A stretch of DNA of 58,851 nucleotides from NCBI GenBank assembly GCA_964348725.1, contig CAYGDG010000006.1:1-58851 (forward strand). The letters run 5' to 3'. The notes under the pieces are model-generated. The model did not search any database, was not told the DNA's origin, and saw only the letters and a program-made list of their open reading frames with translations. Source of the DNA: an uncultured Candidatus Saccharibacteria bacterium (GTDB lineage Bacteria; Patescibacteriota; Minisyncoccia; Phycocordibacterales; UBA9973). This document shows, in pieces, positions 1 to 9,768 of the stretch. The position numbers were made by a program, and so were the translations under genes. Each line of letters opens with the position of its first letter. Position 1 is the first letter of the stretch.

Positions 1-162
1 AAAAGCTACTCTAGGGATAACAGGCTAGTTCCGCCTAAGAGTTCATATCGACGGCGGAGTTCGGCACCTCGATGTCGGCTCACCTTAGCGCGGTGGTGGA
101 GAAGCTACCAAGCGTATGGCTGTTCGCCATTTAAAAAGGTACGCGAGCTGGGTTCAGACCGT
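1..162 (+). rRNA. rrl: 23S rRNA, domain V, 5' exon (gene starts upstream of window)
   Basis: GGGATAACAGGCT, GGCACCTCGATGTCGGCTC and GAGCTGGGTTCAGACCGT match the conserved peptidyl-transferase region up to the U2593 equivalent. Confidence 0.97.
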
Positions 163-477
163 GGAGGAGTTGCATCATATAGCAATATATATCGCGACTT
201 TTCCACAATCTGAACCCTCAGAGGAATTTAAGTTGTAAGAACTTAGACTGTTTTAATCGAAGACAACTATACTATTAAATTAGTATCACGGCGGCTGTAT
301 GTAGAAATATGTACAGAGAAGCTAACTTGTATCGGAGAAACCCGACTTCACTAACACTGAAAGGGTAACGCCGAGGGAAAGAAATTTATTTTTCTGCCCG
401 TAGAGACTGAATGTTAGACAACTTATTTATAAGTTGAAGTCACAGTCCAATCCCATCAGTAATGATGGACGTAGATG
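163..477 (+). ncRNA. Group I intron in 23S rRNA at the L2593 site, no homing endonuclease ORF
   Basis: Interrupts ...GACCGT^CGTGAGACAG; 5' exon ends in U, intron ends in G477; P7 GACTG(405-409)/CAGTC(443-447); IGS 286-297 gives U162.G291 wobble and P10 (TCACG with 3' exon CGTGA). Confidence 0.92.
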
Positions 478-770
<293 letters not shown>

Positions 771-846
771 ATTTGCAAATCACAACTCCGACAAAATCGG
801 AGCCCGAGCGAAAGCTTGGGTGCATAAAAAAATACAATCGAGTTTT

Positions 847-960
<114 letters not shown>

Positions 961-1018
961 AGCACTTGATTGTTCTAAATCTTCAAAAAGCCCTTTTAAT
1001 ATAAGGGATTTTTACCTA

Positions 1019-1047
1019 TTGACCTTTTATATAAAAGGGTGTATAAT
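1019..1047 (+). promoter_or_regulatory. sigma70 promoter with overlapping 16-bp palindrome
   Basis: TTGACC-17 bp-TATAAT; perfect palindrome CCTTTTATATAAAAGG at 1023-1038. Confidence 0.7.
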
Positions 1048-1103
1048 GTAGGAAGTACATAATAAACCATTTGTTCTAAAACAATTCAAAAAACTCACAA
1101 AGT

Positions 1104-1469
1104 ATGAAGAAACTTCTTGTAGACTGCTTCGGCGACAAACTAATTTCTGTCAGTAATGCTGGTAAAAATTTTCAGTATAAACTCGTTTCTCTTAGAGATC
1201 GTTCCACTGAATCGGAAATTGAAAATAATTTACCGACTGGATTTGTCTTCGCTGAACACGAACATCTGCGTGCGATCCAGAAAACCCAGCCGAGTTACGG
1301 CTACGATCTTGTTGCCCTTGGTAGTGTAGGGCCTGGTAAGTATGCAGGGAATCCGGCGCTTTCAGCAAAAGATAACACTATCATCTCATTGGGTCTTCCC
1401 TTCAAACATTTGCCATGGAGCAAGGGAACAGTGATTGTGATTGTGAAAGGCAATAATAAGATGAAATAA
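1104..1469 (+). CDS. hypothetical protein
   Basis: 121-aa ORF with its own promoter and terminator; no recognisable motif. Confidence 0.7.
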   Translation: MKKLLVDCFGDKLISVSNAGKNFQYKLVSLRDRSTESEIENNLPTGFVFAEHEHLRAIQKTQPSYGYDLVALGSVGPGKYAGNPALSAKDNTIISLGLPFKHLPWSKGTVIVIVKGNNKMK

Positions 1470-1478
1470 ATTTTCACC

Positions 1479-1511
1479 AAAAAACTCCTCGTGATACGAG
1501 GAGTTTTTTTT
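1479..1511 (+). terminator. intrinsic terminator
   Basis: AAAAACTCCTCGT-GAT-ACGAGGAGTTTTT hairpin plus U-tract. Confidence 0.8.
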
Positions 1512-1565
1512 ATTTGATGGGGTGAGGAGATATTTTTTTAACTTAAAATTTGCTATACTTTCCCT

Positions 1566-2348
1566 ATGAATTGGGCTTTGAAGCGACAATTATTGTACGG
1601 AAGCATCGCGCTCGCATGTGTCGCTTTTTTGGCTTTTTTAATTATCTATCCGTATTTCAATAAAGCGCCGATATGTACGGACGGCAAGCAGAACGGCACG
1701 GAGACAGGCGTCGACTGCGGCGGTTCGTGCCAGCTCGCTTGCGTGTATCAAGTGGACGAGCTTTCCATCCTTTGGGCGCGTGCATTCCGCGTCGTGCCGG
1801 GCAGGTATAACGCAGTAGCTTATCTTGAAAACCATAATCCGAAAGCTGCGATCTACCGCATCAATTATCGTTTCCGTTTTGCCGATAAGGACAACGTCTA
1901 TATCGGTAAAAGAGAAGGGCAAACATTTATCCCGCCGTCGGGGAAATTTGGCGTCTTTGAGGCGGCCATCGATCTCGGAAACTCAGTGCCGGTATATACG
2001 ACATTTGAATTCTCCGATATGCCTACTTGGATACAGACGAATGAAGCCACAATGAATGAACTCAATGTTTCTGTTACTGATATCAAACTCGAAGATGAAT
2101 CCACCTCGCCTCGTCTTTCTGCTGTCGTAAAAAATGATTCATTGTTTCAAATTCCCGCGGTGAATGTGATCGCGATTCTTTATGACGCCGCCGGCAATGC
2201 CGTGAATGCCAGCCGCACGTTTATCGATCAGCTCGATCGTGAATCCGGCAGGGAAGTAAATTTCACCTGGGTAGAACCTTTTACCGAAAAAATAATTCAG
2301 AAAGAAATAATTCCAATGTATGATATTTTTTCCGTGAAGTTGAAATAG
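1566..2348 (+). CDS. membrane-anchored hypothetical protein with Cys-rich CxDGxQNGxETGVDCGGxC motif
   Basis: N-terminal TM helix, CTDGKQNGTETGVDCGGSC, beta-rich remainder. Confidence 0.8.
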   Translation: MNWALKRQLLYGSIALACVAFLAFLIIYPYFNKAPICTDGKQNGTETGVDCGGSCQLACVYQVDELSILWARAFRVVPGRYNAVAYLENHNPKAAIYRINYRFRFADKDNVYIGKREGQTFIPPSGKFGVFEAAIDLGNSVPVYTTFEFSDMPTWIQTNEATMNELNVSVTDIKLEDESTSPRLSAVVKNDSLFQIPAVNVIAILYDAAGNAVNASRTFIDQLDRESGREVNFTWVEPFTEKIIQKEIIPMYDIFSVKLK

Positions 2349-2349
2349 T

Positions 2350-3480
2350 ATGGCAGAGCGAGCGCTGAAGAGAATAGATTGGCTGCTGGTATTTTTCATC
2401 ATTCCCATTATCGCCGGGGGGCTCGCCACTATGGCGTCGTTTTCTTCTGCAGAATCGAACGGCAATTTCTTTAGCCGACAAATCATCTGGGTAGCTCTCG
2501 CATTCGGTATATTCTTCCTTTTTTCTTTCATTGATTTTCGTTTTCTGAAGCGCACAAATGTGCTCGTCTTTATATTCTTGGGATTTTCAGCTTTGCTTCT
2601 TATCCTATTTGCTCTTGGCAAAGTTTCCCACGGCGCGCAGAGCTGGTTTGATTTCGGCGGCTTTTCTTTCCAGCCGGCGGATATGATGAAGCTTGTGCTC
2701 ATCCTCATCCTCGCAAAATATTTCTCCCGCCGGCATGTGGAGATACGCGACGTGAAACATATTTTTGTCTCCGGCCTCTATGCGCTCATCCCGTTCGGGC
2801 TCGTATTGCTCCAGCCGGACTTTGGCTCAGCGATGATTATTTTCCTCATCTGGTTTGGTATGACGCTCGTCTCCGGCATTTCTAAAAAGCATCTCTTGAT
2901 TGTATTTGGCGCAGGAGCGCTCGCATTCCTCGCCATGTGGATGTTTGTTTTTGCTCCATACCAGAAAGCGCGTATTTCGAATTTCTTAAACCCCCTCGCG
3001 GATATTCACGGCACCGGCTACAATGCCTTGCAATCCACCATCGCCGTGGGATCCGGCCAGGTCCTCGGCAAGGGGCTCGGCTTCGGCACGCAATCACGCC
3101 TCAAGTTCCTGCCCGAATATCAGACTGACTTCGTATTTGCCGCATTCGCCGAAGAGTGGGGCTTTATCGGCGCGGTTCTTATACTTCTACTTTTTGGCCT
3201 GGTGATCTGGCGAGTGCTGGCGACGGCGGCACTCGGCGCTGGGAATTTTGAAATGCTTTTTGGTATGGGCATTGCTATTTTTCTGATGAGCCATATACTC
3301 ATTAATATCGGCATGAACCTCGGACTCTTGCCGGTCACTGGTATTACTTTGCCGTTCATGAGCTACGGCGGATCGCATCTTATCACCGAATTTGCCGCGC
3401 TCGGCATCCTTATGAGCATGCGTCGGTACGCTCGCTCGGCGCATCGGGACGATATAAATAATGAATTTCTGGGAGCATGA
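2350..3480 (+). CDS. rodA: SEDS family peptidoglycan polymerase RodA (FtsW/RodA/SpoVE)
   Basis: Multi-TM; GAQSW, FQPAD, QPDFGSA, AVGSG, LPEYQTDF, EEWG, LPFMSYGGS. Confidence 0.9.
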   Translation: MAERALKRIDWLLVFFIIPIIAGGLATMASFSSAESNGNFFSRQIIWVALAFGIFFLFSFIDFRFLKRTNVLVFIFLGFSALLLILFALGKVSHGAQSWFDFGGFSFQPADMMKLVLILILAKYFSRRHVEIRDVKHIFVSGLYALIPFGLVLLQPDFGSAMIIFLIWFGMTLVSGISKKHLLIVFGAGALAFLAMWMFVFAPYQKARISNFLNPLADIHGTGYNALQSTIAVGSGQVLGKGLGFGTQSRLKFLPEYQTDFVFAAFAEEWGFIGAVLILLLFGLVIWRVLATAALGAGNFEMLFGMGIAIFLMSHILINIGMNLGLLPVTGITLPFMSYGGSHLITEFAALGILMSMRRYARSAHRDDINNEFLGA

Positions 3481-3510
3481 CCACATGTCGGACATAGGGG
3501 TACGAATAAA

Positions 3511-4356
3511 ATGGAAACAAAAATAATTGATGGCAGAAAATTGAGAGATGAGATATTAGCGGACATCAAAAGGAAAGTCGCCTTGCTTCCTTTCGTGCCG
3601 GTCTTTTGCGATGTCCTGGTAGGCGATGATTCCGCATCTCTGCAGTATGTGAAGATGAAAGGGAAGACGGCTGAATCCATCGGCATCCGTTTTCACAATG
3701 CTTCTTTTCCGGGAAATATTACCACCGAGGCTCTGGTCCAAGAAATAAAAAAGGTGAGCCTTCTGCCGCATATGTGCGGCATCATCGTGCAATTGCCTTT
3801 GCCGACACATATAGACAAGCAAGCTATCTTAAATGCCATTGATGCACAGCTCGATGTGGATTGTCTCGGCACTGCCGCAAGCGAAAAATTCTACTCCGGC
3901 GATATTTCTGTCGGTCCGCCAGCGGCCTTGGCATGTATGCATATTTTAGATTCGCTTGGTATGGATCTGACCGATAGAAAGATCGTTGTACTCGGACAAG
4001 GGAAATTGGTTGGCCGGCCGGTTTCAGCATTGTTCAGATATCGCGGCATGTCTGCCGCAGCCGTAGACAGTCGCACGGAAAACAAAGAAACAATATTGAA
4101 AGAAGCTGATATAATTATTTCAGGTATCGGCAAGGGCGCGTATCTTTCCGGCGCGATGATCAAAGAAGGCGCGGTGCTTATCGATGCCGGCACCACCGAA
4201 GAAGACGGCGGCATCGTGGGGGATATTGATCTCCATTCAGTGCAAGGAATTGCCGGTGCGGTGTCGCCCGTGCCTGGGGGCGTGGGTCCTGTCACGGTGG
4301 CGATGCTGCTCCAAAATGTTTTAAAAGTCGCACAAACACATGAATCAAATAAATAA
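3511..4356 (+). CDS. folD: bifunctional methylenetetrahydrofolate dehydrogenase/cyclohydrolase
   Basis: IIDG start, YVKMK, GIIVQLPLP, DVD, PVPGGVGPVTVAML. Confidence 0.93.
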   Translation: METKIIDGRKLRDEILADIKRKVALLPFVPVFCDVLVGDDSASLQYVKMKGKTAESIGIRFHNASFPGNITTEALVQEIKKVSLLPHMCGIIVQLPLPTHIDKQAILNAIDAQLDVDCLGTAASEKFYSGDISVGPPAALACMHILDSLGMDLTDRKIVVLGQGKLVGRPVSALFRYRGMSAAAVDSRTENKETILKEADIIISGIGKGAYLSGAMIKEGAVLIDAGTTEEDGGIVGDIDLHSVQGIAGAVSPVPGGVGPVTVAMLLQNVLKVAQTHESNK

Positions 4357-4876
4357 TCAAATCTTTTTTGTACTTTATAATTTGTCGCATCAATCCGCTT
4401 TTTTTGACTCCCTGATAGTTTTTATCGGGAAAATTTTCCCATTTATTGTGATCTTGCTCGCCGGGATCTTTCTGTTATTTCATCACGACGTTGTTTCTTC
4501 CCATAATCCGTTCAAAGAATTTATAAAAAAATGGAAAGAAATCATATATGTATTTTTTTCCGGATTTTCCGCTTTTGTCGTAGCGGCTCTCCTGAAAGGT
4601 TTTATTCATATGGATCGTTCTTTTGTACAATTTAATACAGTTCTGCCTCTCTTCAGCCCGGACCAAAAATATTCTTTTCCTTCCAGCCATGCCACATTTT
4701 TCTCAGCATTGGCAGTTTCTATTTTCCTTTCGCATAAAAAGGCCGGCTATATCTTTATGTTTTTTGCCTTTCTTATCGGCCTCGCCCGCATTATTGCCGG
4801 AGTACATTTTCCCTTGGATATATTAGCTGGTTTTGCCCTCGGCGCGGGCATTGCTTTCTTCTTAAAAAAGGTATAG
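4340..4876 (+). CDS. PAP2 family phosphatase (undecaprenyl-diphosphatase-like)
   Basis: SFPSSHA and ARIIAGVHFPLDI motifs, multi-TM. Confidence 0.88.
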   Translation: MNQINNQIFFVLYNLSHQSAFFDSLIVFIGKIFPFIVILLAGIFLLFHHDVVSSHNPFKEFIKKWKEIIYVFFSGFSAFVVAALLKGFIHMDRSFVQFNTVLPLFSPDQKYSFPSSHATFFSALAVSIFLSHKKAGYIFMFFAFLIGLARIIAGVHFPLDILAGFALGAGIAFFLKKV

Positions 4877-4889
4877 GATACCTGTAATT

Positions 4890-6257
4890 ATGTGGAAGAA
4901 TAGAATTTTGGCAGTCATCATTTTAGTGCTCGGCCTTGGCGTCGCTTGTTTTGTGTACACATCCGAGCCGCGCTTGAATCCGAATTTTGAATCGGCAAAG
5001 AGCTTTTTCAAGAATCATCCGTTCGTACTCGGCCTTGATCTCTCCGGCGGTTCGCACCTCATCTACAAAGCGGATATTTCCGGCGTCGCTTCCGGTGAAA
5101 TAAATGATTCTATGGACGCGCTTCGCGATGTCATCGAGCGCCGCGTGAATCTTTTCGGCGTATCTGAGCCTGTCGTGCAGACACAGGGCGGGGGACTGGC
5201 AAATATTACTTCCGGCGGCGAGCACAAGCTCATCGTGGATTTGCCGGGCGTCACCGATGTAGACAAAGCTGTAGCTATGATCGGCCAAACCCCGCTTCTT
5301 GAATTTAAAATAGAAAATGCTGCCGGACTCCAGAATGTAACTGTAGATGAAAATGGCCAGGCGAATATTGATCTTAACTCCGCATTTATTTCCACTGAAC
5401 TCACCGGACGCTATTTGAAAAAAGCGATATTGCAATTTGATCAGACCACCCGCGAACCGACGGTGTCCTTGCAGTTTGATGAGACGGGCACTGCATTGTT
5501 TGCAAAAATCACCAAAGAAAATGTCGGCAAGATGGTAGCTATCTATTTGGATGGCGCGCCTATTTCCACTCCTGTCGTCCGCGAAGAAATTCCGACCGGC
5601 GAGGCAGTTATTTCTGGAGGTTTTACTCCGACCGAAGCAAAACAGCTCGTCGGTCGCTTGAATTCCGGCGCGCTTCCTGTGCCTATCTCGCTTCTTTCAA
5701 AGCAGACTATTGGCGCGACGCTTGGGGACAGCGCGACGCATGCCGGCGCGAAAGCGGCCCTCATCGGTTTTCTTGCCATCGCCCTTTTCCTTATCCTTTG
5801 GTATCGTTTGCCGGGACTCGTCGCTATCATCGCTCTTTCCATATATGTATCCATCATGCTCGCGCTCTTTAAATTAATGCCCGTCACCCTCACGGCCGCA
5901 GGTATGGCAGGATTTATCATTTCCATCGGCATTGCCGTGGATGCGAATGTGCTCATCTTTGAACGCCTGAAAGAAGAAATGCGCTCCGGCAAGAGCGTGA
6001 AGGACGCCGTCGCCGCCGGCTTTGACCGCGCGTGGAGCTCTATCCGCGATTCCAATACTTCAAATTTCATCACCGCGCTCATTCTGTTCTGGTTCGGTAC
6101 GTCGCTCATCAAGGGCTTCGCGCTTACGCTCGGTATGGGTGTGCTCGTGTCGCTCGTCTCCGCTATCATCTTTACCCGCATCTTCCTTTCGGCGATTTCA
6201 TTCGTGGGGAACGGCAAGGTCGCTAGATTTTTATTCAGTTCAGGCATAAGCAAATAA
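4890..6257 (+). CDS. secD: protein translocase subunit SecD
   Basis: LGLDLSGG, RRVNLFGVSEP, LNSGALPVP, IAVDANVLIFERLKEE. Confidence 0.96.
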   Translation: MWKNRILAVIILVLGLGVACFVYTSEPRLNPNFESAKSFFKNHPFVLGLDLSGGSHLIYKADISGVASGEINDSMDALRDVIERRVNLFGVSEPVVQTQGGGLANITSGGEHKLIVDLPGVTDVDKAVAMIGQTPLLEFKIENAAGLQNVTVDENGQANIDLNSAFISTELTGRYLKKAILQFDQTTREPTVSLQFDETGTALFAKITKENVGKMVAIYLDGAPISTPVVREEIPTGEAVISGGFTPTEAKQLVGRLNSGALPVPISLLSKQTIGATLGDSATHAGAKAALIGFLAIALFLILWYRLPGLVAIIALSIYVSIMLALFKLMPVTLTAAGMAGFIISIGIAVDANVLIFERLKEEMRSGKSVKDAVAAGFDRAWSSIRDSNTSNFITALILFWFGTSLIKGFALTLGMGVLVSLVSAIIFTRIFLSAISFVGNGKVARFLFSSGISK

Positions 6258-6269
6258 AATCAAAATAAT

Positions 6270-7166
6270 ATGTTTATAGTAAACAACAAAAAAATATTCA
6301 TCGGCATCTCGATCGTTCTTGCCATACTTTCCCTCGCATCTATCTTTATCTTCGGCCTGAACACAGGTATAGATTTCAAGGGAGGCGCACTCACGGAAGT
6401 AAATTACACTGCTGCTCGTCCGGAACAGGGCGTGCTGACATCCGCGCTGGAGAATTTGGGTTATGGCGGAGCGCTCGTACAGCCTACTGGCGAGAACGGT
6501 TATATCATAAAGACCCGCGACCTTTCTGAATCGGAGCATAATGCACTCCTTGCAACCCTTTCGAACGGCGGCCTATATCCATTAGAAGAAAAATCTTTTA
6601 ACTCCATTGGTCCGTCCGTAGGTGCCGAACTTACCCGTAAAGCCATAATCGCTATCATTCTCGTGTCGCTCGCCATCATCATGTTCATCGCCTATGCCTT
6701 CCGCAAAGTTTCAAAGCCTGTTTCTTCCTGGAGGTATGGCCTCATCGCCATAACTTCGCTTCTCCATGACGTCATCATCCCGGTCGGTATCTTCACTGCC
6801 CTCTCTCATTTCTATGGCGCCGAAGTGGATACGCTGTTCGTGGTGGCAGTGCTCACCATTCTCGGCCTTTCTGTTTCTGACACCATCGTCATCTTTGACC
6901 GTATCCGTGAAAATCTGAAGAACAAACCTGATGCAGATTTCAAACAGACTGTGGGAGTGAGCGTGGAGCAGTCCTATCAGCGCTCCATAGCCACTTCGCT
7001 CACCGTCATCCTCGTGCTCCTGTCCCTCGTATTTTTCGGTCCTGAATCCACAAAATACTTTGCGCTCATGCTCACCGCTGGAATGTTCTTTGGAACATAT
7101 TCCTCCATCTTCCTCGCATCTCCGCTCCTCGTGTGGGTAAAAGAACAGCAGGATAAGCGCGCGTAA
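6270..7166 (+). CDS. secF: protein translocase subunit SecF
   Basis: GIDFKGG, SIGPSVG, LLHDV, DTIVIFDRIRE, GTYSSIFLA. Confidence 0.96.
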   Translation: MFIVNNKKIFIGISIVLAILSLASIFIFGLNTGIDFKGGALTEVNYTAARPEQGVLTSALENLGYGGALVQPTGENGYIIKTRDLSESEHNALLATLSNGGLYPLEEKSFNSIGPSVGAELTRKAIIAIILVSLAIIMFIAYAFRKVSKPVSSWRYGLIAITSLLHDVIIPVGIFTALSHFYGAEVDTLFVVAVLTILGLSVSDTIVIFDRIRENLKNKPDADFKQTVGVSVEQSYQRSIATSLTVILVLLSLVFFGPESTKYFALMLTAGMFFGTYSSIFLASPLLVWVKEQQDKRA

Positions 7167-7186
7167 TTATAATTAACTTTTTTAAT

Positions 7187-7924
7187 ATGATATATCTCAT
7201 TATCGCCGTAGTAGTCGTTATTTTAATCAGCATCCGCCAAATAAATCAGTATCAGCGAGGAGTGCGTTTTACTCTCGGTAAATTTACCAGCATCATGGAG
7301 CCAGGTTGGAGATTGGTTTTACCGATCATTCAGTCATACCAGAAAGTGGACATAAGAACTAAAGCGGTAGATGTTCCTGACCAGAATGCCATTACTAAAG
7401 ATAATGTTGTAGTAAAGGTAAACGCTGTCATTTATTACAAAGTCAGTGATGCTGGGCGGGCAGTGATAGAAGTGGAAGATTTCAAATATGCTATCTCTCA
7501 GTATGCTCAGACCACTATGCGTAATATCATCGGCGAGGTGACCTTGGATGAGCTCTTGAGTAAGCGCGATCAGATCGCAGACCGTATCCGTGAAATAGTG
7601 GACAAAGAAACCGATGCTTGGGGCCTTAAAGTGCAGAATGTAGAATTGAAAGATGTCAGCTTGCCTCCAGAAATGGAGCGCACCATCGGAAAGCAGGCAG
7701 AAGCCGAGCGCGAGAAGAGGGCAGTCATCATCACTTCCGAAGGAGAGCTCGCTGCCGCCGCAAATATGGCCGAAGCCGCTTCCATTTTGGCAAAAACTCC
7801 TGGCGCTCTGCATTTGCGCACGCTTCAGTCTATAAATGATATGTCTTCCGATCAATCCAATACTGTCGTATACATGGTTCCTGTGGAAGCTATCAAAGCG
7901 CTTGAAGGCTTCGCTAAGAAATAG
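7187..7924 (+). CDS. SPFH/band 7 (stomatin-like) protein
   Basis: YQRGVRFTLG, ITKDNV, AQTTMRNIIG, QAEAERE, ALHLRTLQ. Confidence 0.93.
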   Translation: MIYLIIAVVVVILISIRQINQYQRGVRFTLGKFTSIMEPGWRLVLPIIQSYQKVDIRTKAVDVPDQNAITKDNVVVKVNAVIYYKVSDAGRAVIEVEDFKYAISQYAQTTMRNIIGEVTLDELLSKRDQIADRIREIVDKETDAWGLKVQNVELKDVSLPPEMERTIGKQAEAEREKRAVIITSEGELAAAANMAEAASILAKTPGALHLRTLQSINDMSSDQSNTVVYMVPVEAIKALEGFAKK

Positions 7925-7961
7925 CATTTGCTATTTCCACCCCTCTTGCTAGAATTACCTT

Positions 7962-8510
7962 ATGTATATAATATTAGGCATTTTAGGAGTATTAGTTCTG
8001 TGGGCTGTCGTCGCGTATAACGGCTTTGTTTCTTTGCGCCAAAGGGCAAAAGAAGCCTGGGCGGACATTGAAGTCCAGCTCAAACGCCGCTATGACCTTA
8101 TCCCAAATCTCGTAAATACGGTCAAAGGCTACGCCACGCACGAATCCACCGCCTTTGAAAAAGTCACCACCGCTCGCGCGCAGGCCATGGGTGCAAAGAC
8201 GATGGGCGAGCACACAAAGACCGAAGCCATGCTCGGCGGAGCTATTACCGGCCTCTTCGGCATCGCCGAAGCGTATCCGGAGCTCAAAGCGAATACGAAT
8301 TTCCTCGCACTTCAGAGCGAGTTGTCCGACACCGAAAATAAGATCCAAGCCGCGCGCCGTTTTTATAATGCGAATGTGCGTGACCTGAACACAAAGATAG
8401 AAAGCTTTCCGTCAAATGTCATCGCCGGCGCATTCGCCTTCAAGCCGATAGAATTCTTTGATATTCCGGATGATGGGGTAGAACAGAAGCCAGTGGAAGT
8501 GAAATTCTAA
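7962..8510 (+). CDS. lemA: LemA family protein
   Basis: AWADIEVQLKRRYDLIPNLV, EAYPELKAN, ENKIQAARRFYN. Confidence 0.95.
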   Translation: MYIILGILGVLVLWAVVAYNGFVSLRQRAKEAWADIEVQLKRRYDLIPNLVNTVKGYATHESTAFEKVTTARAQAMGAKTMGEHTKTEAMLGGAITGLFGIAEAYPELKANTNFLALQSELSDTENKIQAARRFYNANVRDLNTKIESFPSNVIAGAFAFKPIEFFDIPDDGVEQKPVEVKF

Positions 8511-8673
8511 TATGAAGCATTTTTCTTTCTTCATCATTACCCTCATATTCGTAGCGTTCTTTATCATGCCGAAAGTTTTCCCCGAATGGCGTAATCAAAT
8601 ATTCGCGAGCAAGATGCTGTTTAGGACATTCTTGCACTTTAATTAAGGGCAATCGTATACACAATATAGGAGT

Positions 8674-8928
8674 ATGATTATCTTCACCAAGCACGCCAAG
8701 GAAAAATTCGGAATCTTAAAGAAGCACAAATTTATCGTCTCTGAAAAGAAGGTGCTGGATGCGTTGCAGAAGCCGGATGTAATAGATTATTCTCGCTTAC
8801 CTTTACTTATCGCACAACGCAAGTTTGACAGAACTCATGTATTAAGGGTAGTATATAAAGAGGAGCAGGGGATTATCAAAGTAATCACTTTCTATCCTGG
8901 ACGCATAAAAAACTATGGCAAAAAATAA
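8674..8928 (+). CDS. DUF4258-like putative RelE-fold toxin
   Basis: IIFTKHAKEK start, LRVVY, VITFYP end; overlaps next gene. Confidence 0.75.
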   Translation: MIIFTKHAKEKFGILKKHKFIVSEKKVLDALQKPDVIDYSRLPLLIAQRKFDRTHVLRVVYKEEQGIIKVITFYPGRIKNYGKK

Positions 8929-9166
8929 CAAAAAAAATAAAATATCCTATGAATCCGAAGCCGATGTGCTGACGGTGGAGGCTTCCGGCAAGCCGATAGA
9001 CTACGCGATGGAAGTGGGTAATGTCGTCGTGCATTTTACAAAGAAAGATGAGCCGGTATTGTTTGAAATACTGGATGCCAGCCGCTTCTTCATGCAAGCC
9101 GGAAACATAATGGAAAAGACTGGAGCGTTCAAATTTTTCCCAAACAAGAAGCCGCTTTTCGCATAA
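8915..9166 (+). CDS. DUF2283-like putative antitoxin
   Basis: ISYESEADVL, VVVHF...EPVLFEILDAS. Confidence 0.75.
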   Translation: MAKNNKKNKISYESEADVLTVEASGKPIDYAMEVGNVVVHFTKKDEPVLFEILDASRFFMQAGNIMEKTGAFKFFPNKKPLFA

Positions 9167-9309
9167 TGCGCAAGAGATATAAAAATAAAGTTTCCAGTTG
9201 CCCTCTCTGTAAGCCGAACAAGACGGGGCATTCTTTGCGTTTCAATGCGCGGGAGTTTTTACGATTGAAAGAATTTGAAAAAGAAAAATTATTAGTTAAT
9301 TAAAATAAT

Positions 9310-9768
9310 ATGGAAAAAAATAATCCAAATAAAATAGTCATCGCTTTACTCGCACTCATCGCCGTCGTACTTATTTATATCGGCATAAAAATCTCCGGTC
9401 CGGGAAAGCAGTATGAAAATACCGCAGTACAGTCCGGCGGATATACACAAACGAAAGATAATACGAATGGTGCAGATTACATTCCTGTTGATGATGAAGA
9501 GTTTATGAATCAAGAAGCACAGTGGGCGCATGCAAACAATGGTCTCCCTGTGGGATGGGTACAATGGACAGAATCCATGAATGGTTCTTCAGTAAAAAAG
9601 TTCGGTCCAGTTTTAAATGGTGATAGCTATATGATAAATTTTACTGCCCAAGAAATGATGGCTTCTGGAAATAGAAAATGCGTTGGTGATTCCGAAGTAG
9701 CTACTTGTGCAGTAGGAGACAATCCTGAAATTCTCAGATACTGGAATGTCATAAACTACTTCTATTAA
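9310..9768 (+). CDS. hypothetical membrane-anchored protein
   Basis: Single N-terminal TM then polar domain; abuts htpX. Confidence 0.7.
   Translation: MEKNNPNKIVIALLALIAVVLIYIGIKISGPGKQYENTAVQSGGYTQTKDNTNGADYIPVDDEEFMNQEAQWAHANNGLPVGWVQWTESMNGSSVKKFGPVLNGDSYMINFTAQEMMASGNRKCVGDSEVATCAVGDNPEILRYWNVINYFY

Noticed and set aside
163..477. Homing endonuclease in the intron
   Set aside because: The intron is only 315 nt with no LAGLIDADG, GIY-YIG or HNH ORF
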